From the NCBI GenBank assembly GCA_973895155.1, contig OZ316893.1, forward strand, positions 17,709,281-17,773,280: a DNA stretch of 64,000 nt. Reading direction: 5' to 3'. Positions 48,598 through 59,180 of this stretch are shown one piece after another. The first letter of the stretch is position 1, and each line of letters starts with the position of its first letter. The notes beneath the pieces are model-generated. The model was not told the origin of the DNA, did no database searches, and saw only the letters and a program-made list of their open reading frames with translations. This DNA is from Marsupella aquatica. Lineage: Eukaryota > Plantae > Marchantiophyta. The position numbers and the translations under genes are program-made.

Positions 48598-51500
48598 TGT
48601 CACTTGCCTCTCCAACGGTTAATACGTGCAAACCGCACTTTTCTTCGCTTAAACCGTTGGTATCGTATTACGGGGTCGTGGAGGGACGCTATTTGGATTC
48701 TTTTCACACCAGGATGAGTATTTTGGTTTCCGCTCCCGGAAATGTAGGTTTTGATCAAGTCTACCGACTACCCTCACCCCACAGCTTTTGATCAAGTCCT
48801 GCCGACTACCCCACTACACCTTCACTCGGAGTCACCCAAAGAGTGCTGTCACCACCCCTACTCACAAGGCCGACTCAAACCAAGCAAGTTTCTTCAAATC
48901 ATAGAACGGGAGAACACAATTCGGAAAGCGAAAAAGGGAGAAGGAACACACAACAAAAGCCCATCAAGTCAAATGTACAGATCCATATCTCTTGGGAAAA
49001 ACGATACACATTGCATGAGTAACCCGGCCTCCTGCCGTCTACTCAACTCCTGCCTCTCCGGACAATGAGTATGGCTCCCCCTCACTACTCTGAACACGCT
49101 TTCAAACTCCTCAGGCTCCACTCTATCCCTCCTTGCTAACTTCACACTGAGTCCCCCTAACTACTTCGGGGCTATCCCCCTAAATACTGAAAAATCACAC
49201 CAAAGCACCCCTCACAGGGTCACAACGGTGGCGGCTACCCTAGCGGCGCCGCTAAAACCTTGCACTAAGAGAAATCCTTAAACTGAAGAGGAGCATGCGG
49301 CACACACATGCTGCTAAAACCCTAAACCCAAAACAAGGGGGCCGACGGTGCCTTCGACGGCGCCCCAACAGTACACGTGAACCCTGAAAGTGAGAGGCAC
49401 CCCAAAATGGCCGAAACTAGGTGCCCTTCCAAGTGCACACCTGAGCTCACCCCTGGATAGCTCTTCTTTTCCTGCTTCCGAATCACTAAGTCGCTCCCTC
49501 AACGGACTTCAGACGCCTGAGTTATGGCCGTTTCCGTACCGCAAAAACATAAGTTCTCCAGGCCATAACTTGCTCATCCTGGCTCCGTTTGAGGAGCGCC
49601 GCCTCTTGTTGGAATCAGCTCCGCGAGCTCATCCCAACAAGCCCATGAGTGACCCCCCACTAAAATGTTGGAAATCTGGAGGCCGTACACCCACGTCCGT
49701 ACGCCTATCTAATCCTCCTCTTCTTCTTCGCTCTCGGTGCCCGGACTTGTGCCCCGTGAGTGGTCCTCCTCCTCATCACTCACGGGAGTGAGTGCCACCG
49801 TACTTTTCTTCTTCTTCGACGGAGTACTCTTAGTGCTGCTGCTCCCGCGCTTCCTCAAAGCAGCCAAGGCCTGCCACGCCTTGATGTACCCCTCACCAAT
49901 TGTGTCCTTCCAGAGGGTAGCCTCTTCTCCGGACCGCAACTCCAACGGTAGAACTTGCCCCGTGGCCATGGGAGTCCCGGGGGTGACAGACCTGGGTGGC
50001 ATCCCCGTACTGACCTGAGCCTCCCGTAACGATTTCCGTACCTCCCGGAGCTTCTTCTCCAAGCTCTTACTCTTCTCCTGACTCTTCTTGGCTCCATCCA
50101 ACAAGGGTCCATACTTCCCACTAACCTCCTTCACCACCATCTCGATAGCTTGGGAGATCACATCCGGGGAAAGTGTGGAGCCAGGTGTGCCGGGACTCTT
50201 CCGTTTCCCTAGACTCAGGGCCTCACTTCTCTTCGCTCGTGTCTCAAAGGCTGCCACCTGACTCCGTAGTGCTCCCACCTGGTTCCTCCACTCCATCACT
50301 TCTCCAGAATTTTGCTTCTCTTTGGCCAATGCTTGCCTCAACGCTCCTACTTCTTCTGCTTCCTTGGCCTTGGTGGACAAAGCTCCCTTCAAGTTGGTGA
50401 TCTCTACGTGAGCTGCATTGATGTGCCTGACCTTCTCATGAATGGTCTGCTCCTTGGTCTTGATCACCTCCTTCAGTGACAGGATGCTCTGCTCTAACGT
50501 CTCTACTTTGACTGTGGCGTGCTTGAGAGACTCCCTCAATGCGTGGACTAGCTTGAGTCCCTCGTGGACTCCCTCTCTGAAATCCCGTAGCTCTGCCAAG
50601 TAAACATCCGGAATGTTGTATTCCAGAGGCTGTTTCGGATCTCCCACGAGTGATTCAAGCCACTCCAATGTGCAATCATCCTCCTGGTTCTCTTCTTCTC
50701 TATTATCCTCCCCACCAGCAGACAATGATTCCTCCGTGAGCTTCCCTAAAACGGTAGTGGCAATACTCCGGATCTCCGTGGTGAGAGATGATCCCGTGTC
50801 TTCATGCCCCGGAGAACCAATCAACCCTTCTGCCCTGGCCAATACAAATGACCCCATCAAATGTACAGCCCCACCTGGTTTCACACTCCCGGGCTCAGCG
50901 GCCAATAGCTTCTTCAATCCGTAGCACCACCATCCGTACACATGGGCTGGGTAGTTCTTGATGTCCATAGCTACCACGAAATGCTCCTCATTCAGCACTC
51001 CGGATTGCACGTTGCCAAGAACCCGTTGATGCACCTTGGCCAGGAAGCCCTTATACTCAACATCCTTGACAGCAGAAAGAGGGATGGCGGTGGTGGAGGT
51101 AGGATTGGTCACCCAAGTGGCCACCATTTTCAACGTGAGTTCTCCCCTGATATTCCGAGGTGTGAATGAGAATTTCTGATTCTCAAGAAACAATAGCTTA
51201 GCCAACTCCACATGGGGCACTACACGTTTGAGACATTCAAAGTAGATTCCCTCCGTTCGGAACTCCATCCCGGCCTCAATGTCCCAGCTCTTCCCTGAAG
51301 GGATGGTAATCTCCACCTTCATGAATTCTGTAAGCCCGGTGGCTTGGAAAATGTTCCGACAATCCTCCATCACCTTGGTGGAGGTCTTGGGATAAATTCG
51401 ACGAAAAATCTTCCTACCCACCGGTGAGGAACCCGCTGCCAATCCCGTGCTCATCATAACTTCTCTCTCTTCCCTTTCCCGTGTAATCCGAGTCTCCACG

Positions 51501-52582
51501 TAGTCACGGTAAGCAGCCTTGTATCTCCGAATGCGTGACGCACTAAACTCTGGTTGATCTAGCATCCATGCATCCCGAAATCAATTTCTCAATCACCAAT
51601 CCCGTCACCCGTGGCAATGTCAATTCCCTGGCCCGAAACAGCCCCCGTAGCCCGATCACTTAAATTCTCTCAATTTCCCGTCACTACTCCGTGCGGCCGC
51701 CACTAATGCCTGGAAGAATGACGCCAGCAAGCCCCACTAATCCACCATGAAAGAGAGAGCTTCAAAAATAATTAGAATCTGGAGAGAGCTTCCGGCAAGA
51801 GAGAGAAGAACCCCGTTTTTGCTTTCGGCAATGAGAGGGTCGTGCAAAAGGAAGAGGGAAAGAAAAAGGAAGGAAAAAAAAATAGAACCGAAAAAACTCC
51901 TGGCGCCTTCGCCATGCGCCCCGGCCCATTTCTCGGGCCTTACCCTTGCGTCCTCCTGCGCGCGGCCCTATGCAGGGCGCGCGGCCATTCCTCCCGGCTC
52001 GCGGGAGGCCCTTTAACTCCCCCCCGCTCGCGTGATCCTCCCAGCTCGCGGGAGGCCCTTTAACTCCCCCCCCCCCGCTCGCTTGCGCTCCTTCAGCTCG
52101 CGGAGCCTCATTAATTGCCCGGGCACGCAGCCCTATGGGCTCGCGAGGCAGCCCCTTCAGCTCGCGGAGCCCCATTAATCGCCCGGGCACGCAGCCCTAT
52201 GGGCTCGCGAGGCAGCCCCTCTTTCTCTCGGACGGCCACTAATGGGACTCGCCCTCCTGAGGAGGGATTTATTTAAAAAAAAACCCCCCCCTCTCCTGAC
52301 TTTGCAATGGGGGTCTCAACAATAGCTCTTGAAGCAAAACGGTAAGTCCTATGGGGCTGGTCCTGGCTAGTTTCAAGGTCCCAAAATATTTGCCCACTTA
52401 GGTCGCCGCAAATCTTAGAACTATTATGAGAGAAAGAATATAAAGTCACCTGGGGCATCATCAACCTATAATGACGGAATTAACTAAAAATTAAAAAATG
52501 GCTTATTTACATTGACTATTAACAAGGTATCGGCCTTTGCAACCAGTTATGTGTGACTTCCCGTGACGGGGTACCCGTCACA
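48598..52582 (-). repeat. 3' LTR of element B (3985 bp)
   Basis: TGTCAC...GTCACA; identity with 59201-63419 starts and stops exactly at these termini. Confidence 0.93.
49709..51565 (-). CDS. 618-aa LTR-encoded protein (3' LTR copy): PMD/Transposase_32-like region + coiled coil + basic/acidic tail
   Basis: ATG-to-stop ORF wholly inside the LTR. IFQATGLTEFMKV..LAKLLFL..YGWWCYGLKKLL; heptad-rich region; PSKKKKS. The domain call is by eye. Confidence 0.85.
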   Translation of the reverse strand: MLDQPEFSASRIRRYKAAYRDYVETRITREREEREVMMSTGLAAGSSPVGRKIFRRIYPKTSTKVMEDCRNIFQATGLTEFMKVEITIPSGKSWDIEAGMEFRTEGIYFECLKRVVPHVELAKLLFLENQKFSFTPRNIRGELTLKMVATWVTNPTSTTAIPLSAVKDVEYKGFLAKVHQRVLGNVQSGVLNEEHFVVAMDIKNYPAHVYGWWCYGLKKLLAAEPGSVKPGGAVHLMGSFVLARAEGLIGSPGHEDTGSSLTTEIRSIATTVLGKLTEESLSAGGEDNREEENQEDDCTLEWLESLVGDPKQPLEYNIPDVYLAELRDFREGVHEGLKLVHALRESLKHATVKVETLEQSILSLKEVIKTKEQTIHEKVRHINAAHVEITNLKGALSTKAKEAEEVGALRQALAKEKQNSGEVMEWRNQVGALRSQVAAFETRAKRSEALSLGKRKSPGTPGSTLSPDVISQAIEMVVKEVSGKYGPLLDGAKKSQEKSKSLEKKLREVRKSLREAQVSTGMPPRSVTPGTPMATGQVLPLELRSGEEATLWKDTIGEGYIKAWQALAALRKRGSSSTKSTPSKKKKSTVALTPVSDEEEDHSRGTSPGTESEEEEED

Positions 52583-55500
52583 TAGCTCCTCTCTTAATTG
52601 CGAAGCGCCCCCGCGAGCACCATACTCTTCCTCCGTGTAGTACTTCTTTAGGCGCTCTTGATTGATCCGTGTGTTGAGTAGTTGCCCCTCCAATGTCTTG
52701 AGTTGAACCGAGCCGTTGGAGTAGACGGCATCCACTACGTAGGGTCCCATCCACCGTGTATGCAACTTCCCGGGGAAATGCATGAAGCGGCTATCGTAGA
52801 GGAGCACCAAATCTCCCTCCTCAATGGACACACGACGGAGACGGGAATCGTAATGTGACTTGCGTTTGCCTTGCTCCTGCTCCGTATGTGTCAAAGCCTC
52901 TTCTCGTGTCTCCGTGAGTTGCTCCAACTGTTGGATCCGTGAAGCGACACTTTCTTCTGCCCCTTCCCTTTCCCGTGTTAGGATTCGAATGGTTGGAACC
53001 TCAAATTCCACCGGCACAAGAGAGTGTTGTCCAAACACAAGGAAATAGGGGCTGTGGCCCGTGGTAGTCTTGTGAGCCAGGTTGTAAGCGTAAGTGGCAG
53101 CCAACAACTTCAAATCCCAATCGGTCTTGTGAGCGGATACCGTTTTGTTGAGGATCTTGCCCATGATCCCGTTGGCTCTCTCAGTGAGCCCGTTGGCTCG
53201 AGGGTGGTACGGAGTGGTCTTCCTATGTGAGATCAAGTAGTTCTCCGTCAAACGTTCAATCGTATGATTGAGGAAGTGAGTACCCCTGTCACTTACCAAC
53301 TCCAATGGTGGACCAAATCGTGTAAAAATCTGCTCATACAAAAAACGTGCCGTGGTGTTGGCATCATCCTTGGCAGTAGCTCGGGCCTCCACCCACTTGG
53401 TGGCATAGTCCGTTGCAAGAATGATGTAGCGCTTCCTCCCTCTTCGTGTGATGGGAGTGAAAGGGCCAATGAAGTCCACCCCCCACTTCTCAAAGGGTGC
53501 AAGAGGAAGTATGGGCACCAATGGGTGTCGTGAGGAGGGCCCTGGTTTGCCTTGACGCTGGCACGGATCACATCGCTGGATGTACCGGTGTACATCCCGA
53601 AAGAGAGTTGGCCACCAATATCCAGCATCTAGTATTTTCCTTGCGGTGGTCTCCCGTGCAAAGTGGCCACCAGCTTCCTCCTCATGTAATGCTGCCATGA
53701 CTGTACGTATCTCCGCTTCCTCCAAACAACGACGAAGTCGGCCATCCATGCCGTACTTGTGAAGTACTCCCTTCACAAGCAAGTAGGGACCTGTCTTACG
53801 CAAAAACACTGCTGCTCTCTCCGGGCCCAAACGTGAGGGAACTCTAGCCGTGCGGAGAAATTCCAAAATTTCTCCATACCAAGTAGTGGCCTCTGTATTC
53901 ACGCTGAACACTTCCTCATCCGGGAACCGATCATCAATCTCCTGGGAGTCAGATGCTCCCTCAATACGGGAGAAGAAGTCTGCATTGCTATGACTCTTCC
54001 CCGATCTTACTCTCACCTCATAGTTGAACTCTTGTAGCAACAAAACCCAACGTGCAATTCTCCCGGACAGATCTGGCTTGTTGACCATGTATTTCAAGCT
54101 GTTGTGATCCGTGTGGAACACAACCTTGTACCCCAACAAATAATGACGATACTTCTTACAAGCGTAGATGATACCAAGTGCCTCCCTATCGGTGGGTGAG
54201 TAGTTTTTCTCTGCCGGGGCCAACTGCCTACTGGCAAAGTAGATGGGATGGTCTCTTCCATCATCATCTAACTGACTCAAAACGGCACCGATGCAAAATC
54301 CTGATACGTCTACGTAAACATGGAATTCCTTATTCCAATTGGGCGTAATGAGCACGGGGGCCTCTAGCAATCGTTTCTTCAATTCATCAAAAGCAGCCTG
54401 ACGGGAAGGAGTAGGTTCAAACTCACTTCCTTTTTTCAACATGGAAGTGAGTGGCATGGCTACCTTGGCAAAGTCTTTGATGAAGCGTCGGTAGTAGCCA
54501 ACACACCCCAAGAACCCTCTCACTTCCTTCACATTCTTGGGAAATGAGACTGCTACCCACACGGCGACCTTCTCACGATCAACTTCAATCCCTCGTGCAG
54601 ACACTTTGTGGCCCAATAGGATTCCCTCCTCAATTCCAAAGAAACATTTCTCCGGATGCAGCTTCAGGCAAGTCTCCCGGCACCGCTGAAAAGTCAACCG
54701 TAAGTGTTCCGGATGCTTGACTCGTTTGCCGTAGACAGCAAAGTCATCAATAAAGATCTCCAAGAACCTGCGTAAAAAGTCATGAAATATATTCATCATG
54801 AGCCGTTGGAACATGCCAGGGGCATTGCACAACCCAAAAGGCATTCTCCGGAATGCAAAAATCCCCCACTCTGTTGTGAAAGCCGTCTTGAGTTGGTCCT
54901 CCTCCCGTATCCAGATTTGGTTGTACCCAGAGTAGCCATCCAAGAAGCTGTATATCTCCCAACCTGCTACCATGTCCAACACGATATCCGTGAACGGTAG
55001 CGGGTAGTGATCCTTCTTGGTCGCATCATTCAACTTTCGAAAATCTTGGCACACCCGTATTTTCACCTTCCCGTCTGGCCCCTTTTTCTTGGGCACGATT
55101 ACGATGGGTGACACCCACTCACTATGCATGACCGGATAAATGAATCCTGCATCCAACAAACGGTCAATCTCCTCCTTCACCATGAGTGAGTATTTGGGGT
55201 TGAGGCGGTATTGGCGTTGCCTCACAGGTCGTGCTCCTGACATCAGGTCAATGCTGTGCTCACCAAACTCAGGTGGCACTCCTTTCAAATCTTGGTGGCT
55301 CCACGCAAATACGTCTTGGTACTCTTTCAACAATTCCTGAATCGTGCGTTGCTCCGTAGCATCCAACTTACTACCAATGTTGAGTGTCTTGCCCTCACCC
55401 ACTTCCACCTTTGTGTACTGCTCCGGCCTGATCACGTCCAACTTGTTGCGTGTCTCCTCATCAAAGGTTTCTTCCAACCGTGCGAGCCTCATCCCTCCAT

Positions 55501-58500
55501 ACACCGGTGCATCACTCTCCTCCTGGTCTGGTCGGGATGGAGGTGGATCCTTTGTCACATGGGCCATTATTTCTTCAACGTCAGATTCTTTGTAATGTGA
55601 CAATAGCTCCTCTCTAAAGTCATCATCCAGGATGTCATTCAAAAACTGCTCTCTTTGCTCATCATCAAACATGATCGTGTGGGCTTGCATTTCCACCTCC
55701 TCGGGGTGATCCTCTGCCTCCCTATCATGAATCTCTAGAGGTTCAGCCTCCACAATTTTGCTTCGCTCGTCTTCCATCTCTTCTAGAACAGCGTGCACTT
55801 GGCTAACTGATTCCTCTACTGCATGCTCTTGAGTAGCAACTCCGGGGCCAAAAACATCTTCCTCCGTGAGGTGAGAAATCAGTTTCACCATGTATACTTC
55901 ATCCTCGTCTTCATCTGAGGTGACCTCTGAATCATATTCCTCCTCCATAGTCGTAGTCTCCCCGTGAGGTGACTCCGCTGACCATGGAATAGTGATAGTG
56001 GGGATACCAAACCGAAACTGCCGTTTGCCCCAATCACTTGTGACCTTGGCCACATACAACCATGGCCTGCCAATTAAAATGGGAAAACCGTACGGCCGAA
56101 CGGGTCGCATCACCAAATAGTTGAGGGGGAAAGATTTTCCCCCAATCATTGTTGGAATCTTGGTGAGACACCCCAACGGCACCACCCGTGCACCATCAGC
56201 CAACCTCATGGCACGTGCCGGTGGTTCTAACTCTGTATACCCCAACCGGTTTGCCGTCTCCTCAGTCATGATGTTGACTCCCGAGCCCCCGTCCACCGGT
56301 ACAAACCGTATTGCACATCCATTGATGTCCACCGTGAGTTCTGGGGCACCCAAATCCTCCGTGACCCAGTTGACTTGTATGGGGTCAGCCCCAACTTTGG
56401 GTAACCTTCTTCTACGTCTCCTCCTCATGAGAATCTCCTTGACTTGGCGACGGTATAGGGAGCTATCCCGTAATAGTTGACCAATTGTGGCACTGACTGG
56501 GCAATCCAGAATGTCTTGAGCAATGTTGTACGCGGTTGCAGGAGGTATGGGTGGGATGACCTCTTCTCCCGGTTTCCAACGAACAACCCTCTCCTCCGCT
56601 TTCTTTCTGGCCTTTGCCTCCTCCATGTCTTTGTCAATGGCCGCTTGCATGGCTTGTGCTTCTAGCTCCTCCAACTGCTTACGTACCTCTTCTCCCACCT
56701 TCGGATAGAACAACTTGGGGTTGTCCCGATCAAAGTCACTATCCTCCATGGGTGGCACCTCCGGTTCGTGTGAGGTACCCGATGTGGAAGCTTGATGCAC
56801 CTCCTTGTACTTCTGCTTGAGCTCGGACTTGCCCTTCTTTTTGCCGGATCGAGTGGAGACTCGGTAACAAGAGTAATGCCTTCTCTCCTCGTCGCTGTCT
56901 TCCTCCGGTAGATTCTCAGCATGAGTCCACTCATGACTTGGGGGTGAGGGGTTAGCAACTTCAACTTCCGTAGATGTTGCAACAACAACCACCGGTATCT
57001 CAACAACTGGAGATACTACAACGACTAGCGGTACCACCTCCTCCGTTATGGTGGTCATCCTTTGCTTGGGAATGTTCACTACGGTTTCTTCTCTTCTAGT
57101 GATTAGAGGGGTGTCGACTGCTTCCGTGGTGAGAAAGTTGACGCTAGCTTCTTTCAGAGGAGGTGGCGGCCCCTTCTTCTCTTGTGCCCCAATCGGTTGA
57201 GCCTTGAACGCCTCCAAGGTTGGGCAGTGTGGTGCAAGATGACCCTCCCCCTTGCATAGTTGACACAGCCGGGCAAAATCTCCATTGCCTTGACGGGTGG
57301 GCTCTGGGCACACATTAGCGTAGTGGCCCGCCACTCTACAATTGTAACAAATAGGGATCTTCCTCACTCCAGGGTACGGTGGTCGATTCCCTGGGTTAGC
57401 GTTGGGATAGTTGGAGTATGCGGGTGCTCCGGCGTTTGTTGAAACTCCATGAATGCTCCGTGGTCCCGGGTTGAGAGGTTGTACACTATACACGTTGGCC
57501 TCTGGTGGCTCCTCCATGAAGTACTCTATTGGCCCTTCCGCTGCATATGAAGGATTTGAGTAGCTTGCCCCCTCAACATCCTCCTCCCGTACTTGGAAAA
57601 CCTTGGCTGGTTCTCCCGCTGGGCACTCCTTCGGGGCATGACCAAACTTCATGCACTTGGTGCACCACACATTGGCTCTCTCCACCGGAACTTTTCTCCT
57701 CTCAGGTTTGAGTCCGGCAAAATGTACTTTCAACGCTTTCATTTGCTCCGTCAGCTCATCATATCTGGCCTCTTGCTCCTTCAGGCGTCTTGCCGTAGAC
57801 AATGGTGTAACGGCCACCGTGGGTAGTATCACTTCACGGTGAGAGGACTTCTTGACTTTCTTTGACAACTTCTTCTTCTTCCTCCTTCGTCTTTCAGCTT
57901 CTGACTCCGTAGTGTCTGACTCTGTAGTACTCTCAGAATCCTCAGATTCATCACTACTATCTGAATCAGATCCACTCGACTCCTCACTGGAGGAACTGTC
58001 AACCGGCTTCAGCTTCTTTCTTCGGCAACGCTTGCTTGTGGCATCAGCTGCGGTGTATGACTCCGCTGCTGCAATAGCTTCAGCCAATGTGGTTGGCTTG
58101 GCTTGACGTACAAAGAACCCCATCTTGCTTGGTAGGGCAGCCACAAACCAGGCTTGACGCATAGCATCATCGGTACGGGCTTGGATCCGACGTACCAGCT
58201 TTTGGAACCTTTGCAAAAACCTCCGTAATGACTCCTTCTTCTTCATCCTGAGTTGGCCCACCTTTAATAGTGAGGTGGCCTCCACTCCTATGGATCTGAA
58301 CTCCTTCAAGAAGGCTTGCTTGAACAGAGCCCAATCAGCTTTCACGTTGGCCAACAACGAAATGAACCATGGACCTGCCTCCCCTCTCATCATTCCAGGA
58401 ATGATAGTGAGCTTATGTGCAGACTCCCCATTAGCTTCGGCAATCCCTTCAAACTCCTCAATCCATTCGTCTGGATCATCCTTTGGTCTCCCCTTGAAGG

Positions 58501-58945
58501 GTACGTACTGAACACGGGTACGTTGTGCAGCTGCCATCGGTGCAGCCGGTGCCTGTATCAACACAGGTGGTAATGGCGCTTGTTGGGCCACCGGTAACAG
58601 CACCGATGATAGGTGTGAGATGATTTGTGGCAATGCAGTGAGCTCTGGGATCAGATTTTGTAACTCAGACTGCACCAACACAAAGGGCTCTCCTTCTTCT
58701 CGCTCGTGATCTATGTCTGGCTCTTCGTCTGGGCATATGGCCTCATTACGTTGAGCCTCTTCCTGTTGCACACCAACTTGTTCTTCCAGCACCAGTGGCA
58801 ACCTCCTCTCTTCTGCAAGCCGTAAGCGTTCTTCGGCAGCAACTCGTCGTCTGGTCCCAATCCAAGAGGGCCCCCCTTCTAGCTCTGATCTTGGGGTACG
58901 TGTGTGTTGGGGACTTCCTCTACCTCCCCTTCTCCCTCTCGGCAT
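52547..58945 (-). CDS. gag-pol: Gag-Pol polyprotein (2132 aa)
   Basis: Gag with three CCHC knuckles; protease VDGGSGVN; RT (RVCQDFRKLN, FLDGYSGYNQI, MPFGLCNAP, FIDDF); RNase H (YVDVSG, TDHNSL, NADFFSR); integrase (GGHF..CDPCQ, WGVDFIGP, SDRGTHF, NGLTERAN, WMGPY). No chromodomain. The stop lies inside the 3' LTR. Confidence 0.96.
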   Translation of the reverse strand: MPRGRRGGRGSPQHTRTPRSELEGGPSWIGTRRRVAAEERLRLAEERRLPLVLEEQVGVQQEEAQRNEAICPDEEPDIDHEREEGEPFVLVQSELQNLIPELTALPQIISHLSSVLLPVAQQAPLPPVLIQAPAAPMAAAQRTRVQYVPFKGRPKDDPDEWIEEFEGIAEANGESAHKLTIIPGMMRGEAGPWFISLLANVKADWALFKQAFLKEFRSIGVEATSLLKVGQLRMKKKESLRRFLQRFQKLVRRIQARTDDAMRQAWFVAALPSKMGFFVRQAKPTTLAEAIAAAESYTAADATSKRCRRKKLKPVDSSSSEESSGSDSDSSDESEDSESTTESDTTESEAERRRRKKKKLSKKVKKSSHREVILPTVAVTPLSTARRLKEQEARYDELTEQMKALKVHFAGLKPERRKVPVERANVWCTKCMKFGHAPKECPAGEPAKVFQVREEDVEGASYSNPSYAAEGPIEYFMEEPPEANVYSVQPLNPGPRSIHGVSTNAGAPAYSNYPNANPGNRPPYPGVRKIPICYNCRVAGHYANVCPEPTRQGNGDFARLCQLCKGEGHLAPHCPTLEAFKAQPIGAQEKKGPPPPLKEASVNFLTTEAVDTPLITRREETVVNIPKQRMTTITEEVVPLVVVVSPVVEIPVVVVATSTEVEVANPSPPSHEWTHAENLPEEDSDEERRHYSCYRVSTRSGKKKGKSELKQKYKEVHQASTSGTSHEPEVPPMEDSDFDRDNPKLFYPKVGEEVRKQLEELEAQAMQAAIDKDMEEAKARKKAEERVVRWKPGEEVIPPIPPATAYNIAQDILDCPVSATIGQLLRDSSLYRRQVKEILMRRRRRRRLPKVGADPIQVNWVTEDLGAPELTVDINGCAIRFVPVDGGSGVNIMTEETANRLGYTELEPPARAMRLADGARVVPLGCLTKIPTMIGGKSFPLNYLVMRPVRPYGFPILIGRPWLYVAKVTSDWGKRQFRFGIPTITIPWSAESPHGETTTMEEEYDSEVTSDEDEDEVYMVKLISHLTEEDVFGPGVATQEHAVEESVSQVHAVLEEMEDERSKIVEAEPLEIHDREAEDHPEEVEMQAHTIMFDDEQREQFLNDILDDDFREELLSHYKESDVEEIMAHVTKDPPPSRPDQEESDAPVYGGMRLARLEETFDEETRNKLDVIRPEQYTKVEVGEGKTLNIGSKLDATEQRTIQELLKEYQDVFAWSHQDLKGVPPEFGEHSIDLMSGARPVRQRQYRLNPKYSLMVKEEIDRLLDAGFIYPVMHSEWVSPIVIVPKKKGPDGKVKIRVCQDFRKLNDATKKDHYPLPFTDIVLDMVAGWEIYSFLDGYSGYNQIWIREEDQLKTAFTTEWGIFAFRRMPFGLCNAPGMFQRLMMNIFHDFLRRFLEIFIDDFAVYGKRVKHPEHLRLTFQRCRETCLKLHPEKCFFGIEEGILLGHKVSARGIEVDREKVAVWVAVSFPKNVKEVRGFLGCVGYYRRFIKDFAKVAMPLTSMLKKGSEFEPTPSRQAAFDELKKRLLEAPVLITPNWNKEFHVYVDVSGFCIGAVLSQLDDDGRDHPIYFASRQLAPAEKNYSPTDREALGIIYACKKYRHYLLGYKVVFHTDHNSLKYMVNKPDLSGRIARWVLLLQEFNYEVRVRSGKSHSNADFFSRIEGASDSQEIDDRFPDEEVFSVNTEATTWYGEILEFLRTARVPSRLGPERAAVFLRKTGPYLLVKGVLHKYGMDGRLRRCLEEAEIRTVMAALHEEEAGGHFARETTARKILDAGYWWPTLFRDVHRYIQRCDPCQRQGKPGPSSRHPLVPILPLAPFEKWGVDFIGPFTPITRRGRKRYIILATDYATKWVEARATAKDDANTTARFLYEQIFTRFGPPLELVSDRGTHFLNHTIERLTENYLISHRKTTPYHPRANGLTERANGIMGKILNKTVSAHKTDWDLKLLAATYAYNLAHKTTTGHSPYFLVFGQHSLVPVEFEVPTIRILTREREGAEESVASRIQQLEQLTETREEALTHTEQEQGKRKSHYDSRLRRVSIEEGDLVLLYDSRFMHFPGKLHTRWMGPYVVDAVYSNGSVQLKTLEGQLLNTRINQERLKKYYTEEEYGARGGASQLREELCDGYPVTGSHT
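52583..52595 (-). promoter_or_regulatory. Polypurine tract of element B
   Basis: Minus strand AAGAGAGGAGCTA immediately before the 3' LTR start TGTGAC, within pol coding sequence. Confidence 0.7.
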
Positions 58946-59160
58946 CCCATTGAGACCTGCATTCCAAACTTACACCAATGTCTCAGAAAGCAATATTTGT
59001 AAACATCAACCGTCGCACGATGCGTTGTGGTTGACGTACAATAACAAAGTAACCAACAAACTTCTCACGTATCAACCGTCGCAAGTTGCGTTGTGGTTGA
59101 TAGGTTTGAACTCCCAATAGACGTAGCTCCCCTCCTTCGTGTCGTCAAACAAGAAGAAGG

Positions 59161-59180
59161 ATTCCCCGGCAGCGGCGCCA
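59161..59180 (-). promoter_or_regulatory. Primer binding site (tRNA-Asp type)
   Basis: TGGCGCCGCTGCCGGGGA, one mismatch from the Athila-type TGGCGCCGTTGCCGGGGA. Confidence 0.85.

Noticed and set aside
49314-49332. Telomeric repeat (TAAACCC), also near 30030
   Set aside because: Only about two units; at most a telo-box.
49709-51565. Envelope (env) gene
   Set aside because: No evident signal peptide or transmembrane segment; it has a coiled coil and basic NLS-like tail instead.
59161-59180. tRNA gene
   Set aside because: Only the ~18-nt 3'-end match (PBS); no cloverleaf.
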